A stretch of 64,000 bases of DNA, taken from sequence record NC_133255.1; one strand, 5' to 3'. The notes beneath the pieces were generated by a model. That model made no database searches, had not been told where the DNA came from, and was given only the letters and a program-made list of their open reading frames with translations. Position numbers and translations under genes: made by a program. This DNA comes from Escherichia phage vB_EcoS-26175I. The stretch's first letter is position 1, and each line of letters begins with the position of its first letter. Positions 20,060-28,542 of the stretch are shown here, piece after piece.

Positions 20060-20439
20060 GCTAATCTTTCCTCGAACTCTTTATTCTGCTTTTTAGCAAT
20101 TAATGTTACCAATCCAGGCTTTGCAGCGATAACATCTTGACGACTAAGAGCTTTATCTAACTGCTTAATCTTTTTGTCTAGATCTGCTTGCGAAATATTA
20201 TTCATTGTGAAATACTGGTTCATTCGAGTCTCACGAAGTTCACTCTCAGTTTTCACTTTATTAAGAGAAGTCTCTAGAGTGGAGATCTTTTTAGTCGCAA
20301 CTGCAAGATCACCTGCTAGAGTCTCAACCTTATTAACTAAGTGATAAGCACCGAACCCGATGCCTATCGCTAGACCTGCTCCCAGGATATACCACTTACC
20401 TTGCCATATTCCTGAAAGAAGTTTTTGTATCAAATCCAT
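19990..20439 (-). CDS. membrane-anchored coiled-coil protein
   Basis: 149-aa ORF with N-terminal transmembrane segment. Confidence 0.45.
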   Translation of the reverse strand: MDLIQKLLSGIWQGKWYILGAGLAIGIGFGAYHLVNKVETLAGDLAVATKKISTLETSLNKVKTESELRETRMNQYFTMNNISQADLDKKIKQLDKALSRQDVIAAKPGLVTLIAKKQNKEFEERLACLTGNLEYCSQPQSQSQAVQKK

Positions 20440-21094
20440 GTGCTGCTAACCTGTCTTTATCTGATACGGTAATCATATCAGGCTCACCAGTTCCTAGTAC
20501 ACCGAAGATATACTGTTCGAGAACTTGGTGTAAACGGTATAAGTTACTTTCAATTTCCTGCCACGGAATACCTGACTGGTGGAAACGAATGTTTGTCTGA
20601 ATTACGAAGTTACGAACATCATCGTTATCGTTCTTCTTAATACCTTTCACATATGCAATTGGTACGCGCAGTTCAGATAAGATACGTTCTGCTTTAGGTT
20701 TTGCTTCAACCAACATATCTCGCATGGTTTCACGAACATCACCACGATTCTTGTCTAGTAAGTAAGAACGGGCATGTAATCCCATTTCTTCCATTTTATC
20801 AAATACAGCATCGATGTTGAACGTTTTGAAACTGAATGCCGGATGCCAGCAGGACAGCTCATGTAACCAGTAAACTTCACCTGCAATAAACAGCGGATTT
20901 ACTGAGTATTCGAAATCACCACGGAAGGATAAGGAACCTTCACGAAACACCTGACGATTATGAACAATATTCTTTTCTACATCGTCGGTTACTTTTACTA
21001 GCAGCTCTTCAGTTTTACGCTCCCAGACACGATCTGGATCAAATAAACTATTCTGCAAATCGTATACATCATTGAACTTTGAAATGATTCTCAT
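20396..21094 (-). CDS. hypothetical protein
   Basis: 232-aa ORF. Confidence 0.6.
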   Translation of the reverse strand: MRIISKFNDVYDLQNSLFDPDRVWERKTEELLVKVTDDVEKNIVHNRQVFREGSLSFRGDFEYSVNPLFIAGEVYWLHELSCWHPAFSFKTFNIDAVFDKMEEMGLHARSYLLDKNRGDVRETMRDMLVEAKPKAERILSELRVPIAYVKGIKKNDNDDVRNFVIQTNIRFHQSGIPWQEIESNLYRLHQVLEQYIFGVLGTGEPDMITVSDKDRLAAHGFDTKTSFRNMAR

Positions 21095-21125
21095 AAATTA
21101 TCCTTTTGCCTCAATCTATAAACAT

Positions 21126-21154
21126 ATTATACAATACTTGTGGCATCTGAGCAA
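21126..21154 (-). promoter_or_regulatory. early sigma70 promoter (TTGCTC / TATAAT)
   Basis: Same module. Confidence 0.5.
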
Positions 21155-21175
21155 CTGAAATTTTATTACAAAAAT

Positions 21176-21206
21176 AGCCCAGTCGCAAAATTGCAGGCTG
21201 GGCTTT
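21176..21206 (-). terminator. rho-independent terminator
   Basis: AGCCCAG...CTGGGCT hairpin with T-run. Confidence 0.5.
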
Positions 21207-21239
21207 GTCATTATTATTCTTGCTAGGAGGTGATTATCA

Positions 21240-21629
21240 TCACTCTTGTTTACTTAATTCTCTAGCACGACGTAGCGATCCAGCGGTTCTCCATAGTTTA
21301 ATGTCGTCAACAACTTCTTTGTAGGGAGCAATAGTAAGACCTAGCGGCCCCGCTACCAACAGTCCAAAGAAACCAATTACACGCATGTAAAGCAAGCATT
21401 CTTTGGGAGTCATTGACTGGACAGCCTGTCTTTCCTCAGCACTGTCGAACTCGTGTTCTTGATCGTCTAAACGTAGGTACTTAATAAACCATTCAGCAGA
21501 ATATTCATCCAGATGACGAATAACTGCAATAGCATAGCCTAAACCAATAATAAACCATGCTGCTACAATGAATAAAATAAAGCTCATGATATCTCCAGTT
21601 AAAGTTGAGGTCAGCGACCAACTCACCAC
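21240..21629 (-). CDS. membrane protein
   Basis: 129-aa ORF with transmembrane segments. Confidence 0.5.
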   Translation of the reverse strand: MVSWSLTSTLTGDIMSFILFIVAAWFIIGLGYAIAVIRHLDEYSAEWFIKYLRLDDQEHEFDSAEERQAVQSMTPKECLLYMRVIGFFGLLVAGPLGLTIAPYKEVVDDIKLWRTAGSLRRARELSKQE

Positions 21630-21703
21630 TTACCGCACTAAGGGGCACGACTCCCTTATCCGTAACAGTTGCAGGTGACGCAACTCGGTCCTACGCGAGT
21701 TCT

Positions 21704-21988
21704 TTACTTGCTCTGCATTTCAGCACGGAACTTTTTCATCTTACGAGTTTTACGGAAGAAGAAATAAGTAGCTACTGGCCCGAACAAGGTGTCCATAATA
21801 AGCATACCTGACATAATGAATTTGAACATCTTTTCATCGTCAAATTCTGCTAATTCTGGCGGACGATATTTGTTTATAACATAAAGAATAACATCTTTAT
21901 TTTTAGAGATATACAGATCATCAATCAGACTGTAAATCGCGACAACTGCACCAATAACAAACCACAAAGCAAATGGAGAGATAATCAT
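21704..21988 (-). CDS. membrane protein
   Basis: 94-aa ORF. Confidence 0.45.
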   Translation of the reverse strand: MIISPFALWFVIGAVVAIYSLIDDLYISKNKDVILYVINKYRPPELAEFDDEKMFKFIMSGMLIMDTLFGPVATYFFFRKTRKMKKFRAEMQSK

Positions 21989-22278
21989 TTAAGATCCTTT
22001 TCGTCAATTAGAATAGTAACAAACAATGGTATACAACCTGGGCACAAATATTTACCAAACTTTTCCATCACATCCCAAAGTGGTAAAGTAATCAGACCAT
22101 TCTTAACTCTAGGATCTGTATACTCAGCTATTCGTTTATTTGCAAAATCAGTAGCTAAATCTGAGTTATGCTCGTAGCTATAATCAGTCCAGAATTTAAC
22201 ATGATCCTTTCTAAGATATTCTAGTACAGCATCAGTTGCTGGAATCTGTACTAGACTGTTGAGATTTAGCTCTTTCAC
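21985..22278 (-). CDS. hypothetical protein
   Basis: 97-aa ORF. Confidence 0.45.
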   Translation of the reverse strand: MKELNLNSLVQIPATDAVLEYLRKDHVKFWTDYSYEHNSDLATDFANKRIAEYTDPRVKNGLITLPLWDVMEKFGKYLCPGCIPLFVTILIDEKDLK

Positions 22279-22729
22279 GTTCTTCTCTCCGACGTTTGCG
22301 TTCTTTCATCATGTAAGCTGCTACAACTTCATGGTAGTAGTCGTTAATGTTACCTTCAGGTAAGAAATGCTTAATCGTTTCTAGCTGGCAGACAACACGG
22401 TAAAGATGTTTATTTGGTAAACATAATTTCATGCCCATAACAAATCCAGAGAAGCCTGGAACACTGAACATGGGTTGGGCTTCTACGTTGCCCTCTGGGT
22501 TGATACTAAGTTCAATCGAGATGCCCATTTTCATGCTATAAAGCTGACAGCCTTCACCATTGCCAAATCTTGACCAAACAGTGAAGTCCTCATCTATCTG
22601 ATCTTGGATTTCTTCGACTGCATGTTTAATTCTAGGGTCTAAATTACTCATCTTCACCTTCAAAGCCGCAGTCATAACGGCAAGTAAAAGAATCAGAACT
22701 ATTAGTACGTTGAGTAGTGATTTCACCAC
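22232..22729 (-). CDS. hypothetical protein with N-terminal transmembrane segment
   Basis: 165-aa ORF. Confidence 0.5.
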   Translation of the reverse strand: MVKSLLNVLIVLILLLAVMTAALKVKMSNLDPRIKHAVEEIQDQIDEDFTVWSRFGNGEGCQLYSMKMGISIELSINPEGNVEAQPMFSVPGFSGFVMGMKLCLPNKHLYRVVCQLETIKHFLPEGNINDYYHEVVAAYMMKERKRRREERERAKSQQSSTDSSN

Positions 22730-23009
22730 GTTTACTAACAGTAATAGCCGGAGTAGAGAAGTTTTTATTAGTATAGATTTCTACTTTGCCATTACGTTCT
22801 TTAACATCACGTACTTTACCATATTCGGTGGTAATGCCGTTCTGCTGAACTTTAACATTACCATTTTTCATAGAAACTTTGGTAGATGCCAGAGAACCGA
22901 AACTAACTGCTGAGATTACTAGAGCAATAATAAACTTATTCATCTTCATCGTCCTCTTCACAGTCACGGCATACATCATAATCATTGAAAGAATGTTCGT
23001 GAGCTTCAC
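22644..23009 (-). CDS. secreted protein (signal peptide)
   Basis: 121-aa ORF; start uncertain because of overlap. Confidence 0.4.
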   Translation of the reverse strand: MKLTNILSMIMMYAVTVKRTMKMNKFIIALVISAVSFGSLASTKVSMKNGNVKVQQNGITTEYGKVRDVKERNGKVEIYTNKNFSTPAITVSKRGEITTQRTNSSDSFTCRYDCGFEGEDE

Positions 23010-23217
23010 ACCACCAAGAACAAGAATCGCACAAGAAAATTTCTGTTTTCTCTATTGCCTGTCCAAGCAGTTCGTCTGCTTCATCTTCGGTGATTTTCAA
23101 ACTACAAACATCAGCAACACGTTTAACAATCATTTTACCTGCTTCATGATAAGACATACAAGTCCCAACAACATCATGCTCAAGTACGTGAACAGCACAG
23201 TCTAGGCGAGTTTTCAT
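22936..23217 (-). CDS. Cys-rich acidic protein (putative zinc ribbon)
   Basis: CDSCSWWC and CRDC motifs; 93 aa. Confidence 0.5.
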   Translation of the reverse strand: MKTRLDCAVHVLEHDVVGTCMSYHEAGKMIVKRVADVCSLKITEDEADELLGQAIEKTEIFLCDSCSWWCEAHEHSFNDYDVCRDCEEDDEDE

Positions 23218-23247
23218 TTCAAAGCCCTCTCATCAATTTATATAAAT

Positions 23248-23276
23248 ATTATATCAAAAGGAGAGGGTTTTAGCAA
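23248..23276 (-). promoter_or_regulatory. early sigma70 promoter (TTGCTA / TATAAT)
   Basis: Same module. Confidence 0.6.
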
Positions 23277-23293
23277 ATGAATTATTTACGAAA

Positions 23294-23689
23294 TTAGTCG
23301 TAGCACCACCATAACCCACGCTTACGCAGATCATGATCGCGATTATAGTCGTAATTTTCTGGATCTTTCATCACACGATGAAGTTCGCGACGGTTTCCCT
23401 GACGAACCATTTTGTTAGAATGCCACTTAACATTCCTACTAACAGAATCCCACCAGTGCCCATCTTTCTTCTCGTTACGGATGATATTTTCCTGAATCTC
23501 CTTCTCAATTTCATCCCAAGTTTTAGCCCATGCTTCATTGGATCGAACTTGATAATACTTCCACTGCTTACCATCCCTATCCGTGTAGATATACGGAATA
23601 CGGATATTAGTGCTATGAAAATTATAAGTAGAACGATGTGCATCACGCCAGTGACGATCACCAGATTGTTTACGATATGTACGGCTCAT
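23294..23689 (-). CDS. hypothetical basic Trp-rich protein
   Basis: 131-aa ORF. Confidence 0.5.
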   Translation of the reverse strand: MSRTYRKQSGDRHWRDAHRSTYNFHSTNIRIPYIYTDRDGKQWKYYQVRSNEAWAKTWDEIEKEIQENIIRNEKKDGHWWDSVSRNVKWHSNKMVRQGNRRELHRVMKDPENYDYNRDHDLRKRGLWWCYD

Positions 23690-23747
23690 ATTACCTCCAT
23701 TAAGTCTTTTAAATTAACTTAATGTGGGCGAACTTCAAAATATAACA

Positions 23748-23933
23748 TCAGTAATCTCCGTTGTCGTTGTATACTACCCCACTGCTCGGGAGTTCTTCTA
23801 CTGTCACATCCTCGAATTCTATAGAACTTCTATGGTTTCTAGCCAGTTCGATTGCTTCTTCTGCAGTTTCTGCAACGACAATAGCTGTACCACCTAACCA
23901 CAGGCCGCTATAGTTCACTTTAAAAATTTTCAT
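23748..23933 (-). CDS. small hypothetical protein
   Basis: 61-aa ORF. Confidence 0.4.
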   Translation of the reverse strand: MKIFKVNYSGLWLGGTAIVVAETAEEAIELARNHRSSIEFEDVTVEELPSSGVVYNDNGDY

Positions 23934-23947
23934 TTCGAAAATCCTAC

Positions 23948-23985
23948 ATACAAGAAAACCCCAGACTACCTATTCAATAGCTGGG
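23948..23985 (-). terminator. rho-independent terminator (bidirectional hairpin)
   Basis: AACCCCAG...CTGGGGTT stem. Confidence 0.45.
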
Positions 23986-23997
23986 GTTTATTATTAA

Positions 23998-24297
23998 TTA
24001 GATAATTTCGACAATATCCTGAGTTACAAAACCGTCGAATTCATCAGAGATACCACCTGTAAAGGTGATGCCCATAATCATTGCATCCATCTTTTTAATC
24101 TCCGAGATTTTCATACCTGCTTTACTATTCTTATAGTATTTGCGAGGATTCCCACACATCCAACAAGAACAGATGCAAGGAGTGGTAGTGATAATGCCTA
24201 ACCGCTTAGGACTTTCTTCATGTGGGAAGACTGTCCAATACTTTTTGCGATTGTTTTTCACACGTTGCCGGTGATGGCGTCTTAATGCTCGATCCAC
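23998..24297 (-). CDS. mini radical-SAM protein, NrdG-like glycyl-radical activase candidate
   Basis: C-x3-C-x2-C (CICSCWMC) and Gly-rich ITFTGGISD resembling NrdG SLSGGDP; only 99 aa. Confidence 0.4.
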   Translation of the reverse strand: MDRALRRHHRQRVKNNRKKYWTVFPHEESPKRLGIITTTPCICSCWMCGNPRKYYKNSKAGMKISEIKKMDAMIMGITFTGGISDEFDGFVTQDIVEII

Positions 24298-24378
24298 ACA
24301 TTTCTCCTAAAACTTGGGAGATAAATGGAGTTTGCTCGACTACCTTGCGTAGCTGGGAGAAATCGTATCCAAATCCCA

Positions 24379-24747
24379 TTATATCGCCTGAGTAAATGTA
24401 CGACTAATAACGTCGTTCTGTTGTTCACGCGTCAATGCGTTAAATCGAACAGCATAGCCAGAGACACGGATGGTCAACTGAGGATATTTTTCAGGATGTT
24501 TCTGTGCATCCAAAAGCTGATCACGGCTTAACACATTGACATTTAGGTGCTGACCACCCTCGACTTGAGGAACCACTTCCACATCTACAATGCGAAAGGC
24601 CTCAGGGTCAAAGTGAGGTGTGATACCTTCTAGATCTTCGACTAGAACTTTCTGTTTAAGTTCACCATCTTTAGAATATAGTTGAATGATCTGATTGTTA
24701 TGAACAATGTTAATTACGCCAGACTTAAGACTTTGATATGCTTTCAT
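24379..24747 (-). CDS. grcA: autonomous glycyl radical cofactor, GrcA/YfiD-like
   Basis: C-terminal region almost identical in pattern to E. coli GrcA ([10 protein letters not shown]...[28 protein letters not shown]); glycyl-radical motif RVSGY. Confidence 0.75.
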   Translation of the reverse strand: MKAYQSLKSGVINIVHNNQIIQLYSKDGELKQKVLVEDLEGITPHFDPEAFRIVDVEVVPQVEGGQHLNVNVLSRDQLLDAQKHPEKYPQLTIRVSGYAVRFNALTREQQNDVISRTFTQAI

Positions 24748-25111
24748 TAGATCTCCCTGATGTTAGAATTTGGCTCAGCTTTTTGTTAACCCAGAAGCAA
24801 GATAAAAACTGGAAGGCAGGCTTGCTTATTAAGTGAATACCCGATAATCGCTCGTAGTCCGGCTTGTGGATTGATAGTCCCATTCAGTTTAATAAGCACA
24901 GGAGCTTTGATTTTAACGTTGCGATCTCCTGGTCTGTTGCAACTACGTGATTGCTCACGCTAAGACAATGGCTATCTAAAGTCCTAGCTTCTACATTTAT
25001 ACTCCTGGATAGCATGGAGTTGCAGTCTACTTCCTGCTGTCACGCCCGGCCATTTATAGAATGTGGACTCTCTTCTCAGCAGGATCTGGTACAAAGACCT
25101 GATCCTCTGTT

Positions 25112-25187
25112 TGGTAGTTAGTAGTGGATTTGAACCACTGTAGTCGCCCCGTATGAAGGAGGTGCATAACCACTCTGCCAACTAACT
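25112..25187 (-). tRNA. tRNA-Met/Ile2 (anticodon CAU), CCA encoded
   Basis: Hand-folded cloverleaf: acceptor AGTTAGT/ACTAACT, T-arm AGTGG-TTCAAAT-CCACT, loop TTCATAC. Confidence 0.5.
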
Positions 25188-25193
25188 ATAATT

Positions 25194-25269
25194 TGGTACT
25201 CCGAGTTGGAATCGAACCAACGTTTGACGATTATCGGTCGCCCGTTCTAACCTATTGAACTATCAGAGC
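25194..25269 (-). tRNA. tRNA-Ile (anticodon GAU), loop CCGATAA with C at position 33
   Basis: Hand-folded: D-stem GTTC/GAAC, T-arm GTTGG-TTCGATT-CCAAC. Confidence 0.5.
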
Positions 25270-25270
25270 A

Positions 25271-25537
25271 TTAATACGGGTACTTGGCTCTTTTCACTGC
25301 TCTTTCAAATTCTCTAATATGTTCTCTAGAGAGTGCAGATAAATCAAAGGCACAAGATACTAAACGTTCTTTCTTGAAGAATCCTAAATAAAAGGAGGCT
25401 GTTATACATTGCGTAGGTCTAGCAAAGATCTTGTAAACTCCGGATTTAGGGATTCCCATACCCTTTTGATAATTACTGCCATTTGTAGGCCCAGCCATTA
25501 AGTTTTTGGGTACTAAGTCAAAACGTATTTTAATCAT
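25271..25537 (-). CDS. hypothetical protein
   Basis: 88-aa ORF. Confidence 0.45.
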   Translation of the reverse strand: MIKIRFDLVPKNLMAGPTNGSNYQKGMGIPKSGVYKIFARPTQCITASFYLGFFKKERLVSCAFDLSALSREHIREFERAVKRAKYPY

Positions 25538-25827
25538 CGCATAATATCCAAATAAGATTCATAACGATAGTCTGTTAGGCCTTCCTCCGTCACCGTAACC
25601 TTCACTGGAGGTACCCGACGAACTAAACCATGAATCATCTTGTACTGAATAGACTTAGATGGTTCGTGATCTTTTGGAAATACTTGTTTAACCGTTACTA
25701 CTTTGAAGCCTTCACGAGGTGTTAGCACAACAACTTGATCACCTTCTTTTATTTTCCAAGACTCAGGAAATTCGTAAGTATAGCGTTGACCACCAGTTTG
25801 GAACACGACAGAAAGATAACGTTTCAT
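25534..25827 (-). CDS. hypothetical protein
   Basis: 97-aa ORF downstream of an early promoter. Confidence 0.5.
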   Translation of the reverse strand: MKRYLSVVFQTGGQRYTYEFPESWKIKEGDQVVVLTPREGFKVVTVKQVFPKDHEPSKSIQYKMIHGLVRRVPPVKVTVTEEGLTDYRYESYLDIMR

Positions 25828-25857
25828 TTGGTTTCCCTCTCATTAATTTATATAAAT

Positions 25858-25886
25858 ATTATAACAAGAAATAAGAGAGAAGGCAA
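25858..25886 (-). promoter_or_regulatory. early sigma70 promoter (TTGCCT / TATAAT)
   Basis: Same module. Confidence 0.5.
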
Positions 25887-25905
25887 ATGAATTTTTTAAA
25901 TTTGA

Positions 25906-25977
25906 TGCTCCCACCAGGAATCGAACCCAGTTCAGATGCTTACAAGGCAACTGCATCGCCAGCAATGCTTTAGGAGC
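25906..25977 (-). tRNA. tRNA-Thr (anticodon UGU)
   Basis: Hand-folded: loop CTTGTAA, T-arm CTGGG-TTCGATT-CCTGG. Confidence 0.5.
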
Positions 25978-26143
25978 ATTAACCCGTTATTTCAACGGGA
26001 TTTCTTTTTCATATACAGGAGACTTATCAGACATTACTGTCCTAGCCAACTGCTGTAGAAATTCGAAGGAGAGTTTTAAACGTTCTTCACCCAACTCAAC
26101 CTCAACGCACTTCATTTGTTTATCAACCTTTAGCTTTAGATTA

Positions 26144-26365
26144 TCAGCCATCTTCGGATTCTCTTTGCTCAGCTATTGCTAGCCAGTTTGGTAAAAGAAA
26201 CTTCGTACGAAATTCTTCATATGTTTCTTCTGGATGAAAGCTATAACCTTGCTTTTCATCATTTAATAAAACCGAACCGTCTTCCTGTTCATAAGCTCGG
26301 TATGTTTCACCAATAATTAAAACTCGTCTATTAGGATTTTTATTACGAAACTCAAAAACGTGCAT
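26144..26365 (-). CDS. hypothetical protein
   Basis: 73-aa ORF. Confidence 0.45.
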   Translation of the reverse strand: MHVFEFRNKNPNRRVLIIGETYRAYEQEDGSVLLNDEKQGYSFHPEETYEEFRTKFLLPNWLAIAEQRESEDG

Positions 26366-26380
26366 AACGTTTCCTTAAAT

Positions 26381-26455
26381 TGGTGCGGGATACGAGAGTC
26401 GAACTCGTGTCTACTGGTTGGAAGCCAGTTATTCTAGCCACTGAACTAATCACGC
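26381..26455 (-). tRNA. tRNA-Gly (anticodon UCC)
   Basis: Hand-folded: anticodon stem ACTGG/CCAGT, loop CTTCCAA. Confidence 0.55.
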
Positions 26456-26461
26456 ATGAAT

Positions 26462-26537
26462 TGGCTGGAGAAGGAGGAATCGAACCTACCATTAACGGAG
26501 TCAAAGGCCGTTGTGCTAACCGTTACACTACTCTCCA
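26462..26537 (-). tRNA. tRNA-Gln (anticodon UUG)
   Basis: Hand-folded: loop CTTTGAC. Confidence 0.45.
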
Positions 26538-26543
26538 AGTATT

Positions 26544-26619
26544 TGGCTGGGATGCCACGGATCGAACGTGGAACCTTCGGAGTCAGAGGCCGACGATCTG
26601 CCAATTGATCTACATCCCA
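26544..26619 (-). tRNA. tRNA-Gln (anticodon CUG)
   Basis: Hand-folded: loop CTCTGAC, D-stem GATC/GATC. Confidence 0.45.
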
Positions 26620-26627
26620 ATAATTTT

Positions 26628-26828
26628 TTATTCTACAGGAACCGTGGCGATTGGATCAGGTTCTTCTAGACGTTTACCATTATGATCAACACGAATAATA
26701 CCACAACCCTCACAGATTACAACAGCACCATAGCCTTCTTTAACTTCGGCTTCTGTAATCAGCCCAGAAAGATCACCAGTATCTTTTCCCCACATATCAA
26801 TGGAACATTCTTTGCAGAAATCAGCCAT
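26628..26828 (-). CDS. small zinc-ribbon protein (CKEC...CEGC)
   Basis: 66-aa ORF with two CxxC pairs. Confidence 0.45.
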   Translation of the reverse strand: MADFCKECSIDMWGKDTGDLSGLITEAEVKEGYGAVVICEGCGIIRVDHNGKRLEEPDPIATVPVE

Positions 26829-26851
26829 ATTTTATTTCCCGTTTAAGTTAG

Positions 26852-26927
26852 TTGGTGCATCCTCAGGGAATCGAACCCCGATCGTAAAGTTCGTAGCTTT
26901 ACATTCTTTCCATTGAAATAAGGACGC
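26852..26927 (-). tRNA. tRNA-Arg (anticodon ACG)
   Basis: Hand-folded: perfect anticodon stem TAAAG/CTTTA, loop CTACGAA. Confidence 0.6.
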
Positions 26928-26933
26928 AATATT

Positions 26934-27010
26934 TGGGGTGACTAGTGGAATTCGAATCCACATAGGCCTGATTCACAATCAGGATCATTAACCAATTATG
27001 ATATAGCCAC
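26934..27010 (-). tRNA. tRNA-His (anticodon GUG), discriminator C
   Basis: Hand-folded: anticodon stem CCTGA/TCAGG, loop TTGTGAA. Confidence 0.6.
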
Positions 27011-27188
27011 AATTGAAATCTCTAGTTATCCCTTTCGTAGGGGCTAAAGGGCGATACCCATCCTAAAGACTTCAATTGTGGCGGCTCTCCGAAACTCATC
27101 ACACTAACAACTAGTTGATTACTTCTGGATTCTCGCCCAGAAAATTCTCTAGAAAGGTGCACCGTTACTCTTTGAGCCATTGAATATC

Positions 27189-27320
27189 AAGAAGTAGAAG
27201 GACTCGAACCTTCACGAGATAGACCATTTATCTCAGCCTCGTTTTCGGGTATCTTATGAGGAGTGGATGTTCCCCTTACGCCCTTTAGGAAGCCCCGTCT
27301 ACCGATTCCGGCATACTTCA
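27189..27320 (-). ncRNA. tRNA-like element with canonical T-arm (GAAGG-TTCGAGT-CCTTC) but no cloverleaf I could complete
   Basis: T-arm at 27197-27213; no 5' acceptor partner within normal tRNA length. Confidence 0.25.
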
Positions 27321-27325
27321 AGATT

Positions 27326-27413
27326 TGGCAGAAGATAATGGAGTCGAACCATCACCGTATCACTACAGCGGGCCGGTTTTCAAGACCGGTTACGTACCAC
27401 TACGTCCTATCTT
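27326..27413 (-). tRNA. tRNA-Ser (anticodon UGA), class II with long variable arm
   Basis: Hand-folded: anticodon stem CCGGT/ACCGG, loop CTTGAAA; 88 nt; acceptor AGAAGAT/ATCTTCT. Confidence 0.6.
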
Positions 27414-27770
27414 CTATTGTTCGTATATTACAAAGTTTACAGATTCAGAGTAATAACCATTACTAGAACCATGCCATTTAACGGTTACACAGCCTTTAGC
27501 TGTGGCAAACTTATACCATGTATGGGTTACTGAATCCCAATCTTCTGTAGCGTGTGTGATTACTTCCTCTGCTTCTATGATTGGATAACCTAAAAGGTCA
27601 TGTAAATCACCAATAATATCATCTATATGAACATCTTCACAGCAGTCCTGCTCATGATAAAACTTATAGTTCTTACCATCAGTACAAATGAAGATAAGAG
27701 TATCTTGGTCTTGGCATACATTAGTAAAAATTTTGCCAAGCATTTCATTATAGATTGTCACTTCTGACAT
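27414..27770 (-). CDS. hypothetical acidic protein
   Basis: 118-aa ORF. Confidence 0.5.
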   Translation of the reverse strand: MSEVTIYNEMLGKIFTNVCQDQDTLIFICTDGKNYKFYHEQDCCEDVHIDDIIGDLHDLLGYPIIEAEEVITHATEDWDSVTHTWYKFATAKGCVTVKWHGSSNGYYSESVNFVIYEQ

Positions 27771-27792
27771 ATTAGTTTCCTAGTAAGTTGTT

Positions 27793-27882
27793 TGGCGGAA
27801 GAAGAGAGATTCGAACTCTCAAGCCGTTTTACCAGTCAGCCACTTTCCAAGCGGTTTTCGTCACCTATCGATTTGCTCTTCC
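27793..27882 (-). tRNA. tRNA-Ser (anticodon GGA), class II
   Basis: Hand-folded: loop TTGGAAA; 90 nt; acceptor GGAAGAG/TTCTTCC. Confidence 0.5.
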
Positions 27883-28057
27883 GTAGATCTCAGGATTAAA
27901 TCATAAACTTCATTAGCGGATACTGGAAGTATGAGATTATACATCTTTTGGTCATACCTCTGACCATACTCTATAAACACATACTCTTTAGTTAATGTAT
28001 TAACAGCTAACCAGATATCAGTTATAGGAGTTTTCATCATGAGTTAATCCAATGTTT

Positions 28058-28138
28058 GGTAGGGATGGAGGGACTCGAACCCACACCCGAAGACTAGAAC
28101 CTAAATCTAGCGCGTCTGCCAATTTCGCCACATCCCCA
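28058..28138 (-). tRNA. tRNA-Leu (anticodon UAG)
   Basis: Hand-folded: anticodon stem CTAGA/TCTAG, loop TTTAGGT; 81 nt. Confidence 0.45.
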
Positions 28139-28144
28139 TTTTAT

Positions 28145-28363
28145 TTAGTTAGAAATAAATAATAATCCCGCAACAATAGAACCTACGCCACTGAATACCA
28201 TTATCAGCATAGCTTCTAAGCTGATAAAGCGGACAGTATATGGAGCGCCCCAAGAATAATCAGTAAAGAAAGTTTTCTTTTCTTTAGCTAAATCTTTAAT
28301 AGTTCTAAAATAGATAGCTAGTGCTAAAGCTGCAAGAACTACAGAGGCTGCTAAGAATACCAT
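28145..28363 (-). CDS. small membrane protein
   Basis: 72-aa ORF with two transmembrane segments. Confidence 0.45.
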   Translation of the reverse strand: MVFLAASVVLAALALAIYFRTIKDLAKEKKTFFTDYSWGAPYTVRFISLEAMLIMVFSGVGSIVAGLLFISN

Positions 28364-28382
28364 ATTATTTCCTTAATTTGTT

Positions 28383-28458
28383 TGGTGGAGTCACTCAGAA
28401 TTGAACTGAGTTCCACTGCTTGCAAGGCAGTAAGTTTAACCAAATAACCTATGACCCC
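28383..28458 (-). tRNA. tRNA-Ala (anticodon UGC) with G3:U70
   Basis: Hand-folded: anticodon stem ACTGC/GCAGT, loop CTTGCAA; acceptor GGGGTCA with G3-U70 identity pair. Confidence 0.6.
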
Positions 28459-28463
28459 GAATT

Positions 28464-28542
28464 TGGTGGAGAATAAGAGATTCGAACTCTTCTGATATCC
28501 TCGGTGCAAGCGAGGTGTCCACTCCAAGCAGACCCATTCCCC
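28464..28542 (-). tRNA. second UGC-anticodon tRNA (Ala-like, G3:U70, 11-nt D-loop, 7-nt variable region)
   Basis: Hand-folded: anticodon stem CCTCG/CGAGG, loop CTTGCAC. Confidence 0.4.

Noticed and set aside
26380-26685. Plus-strand ORFs over the tRNA cluster (26380-26685, 27263-27466, 30317-30502, 30749-30976, 34736-34954)
   Set aside because: They are translations across tRNA genes (GGFEPPT / GIEPS-type peptides typical of tRNA T-arms read in frame); no RBS.
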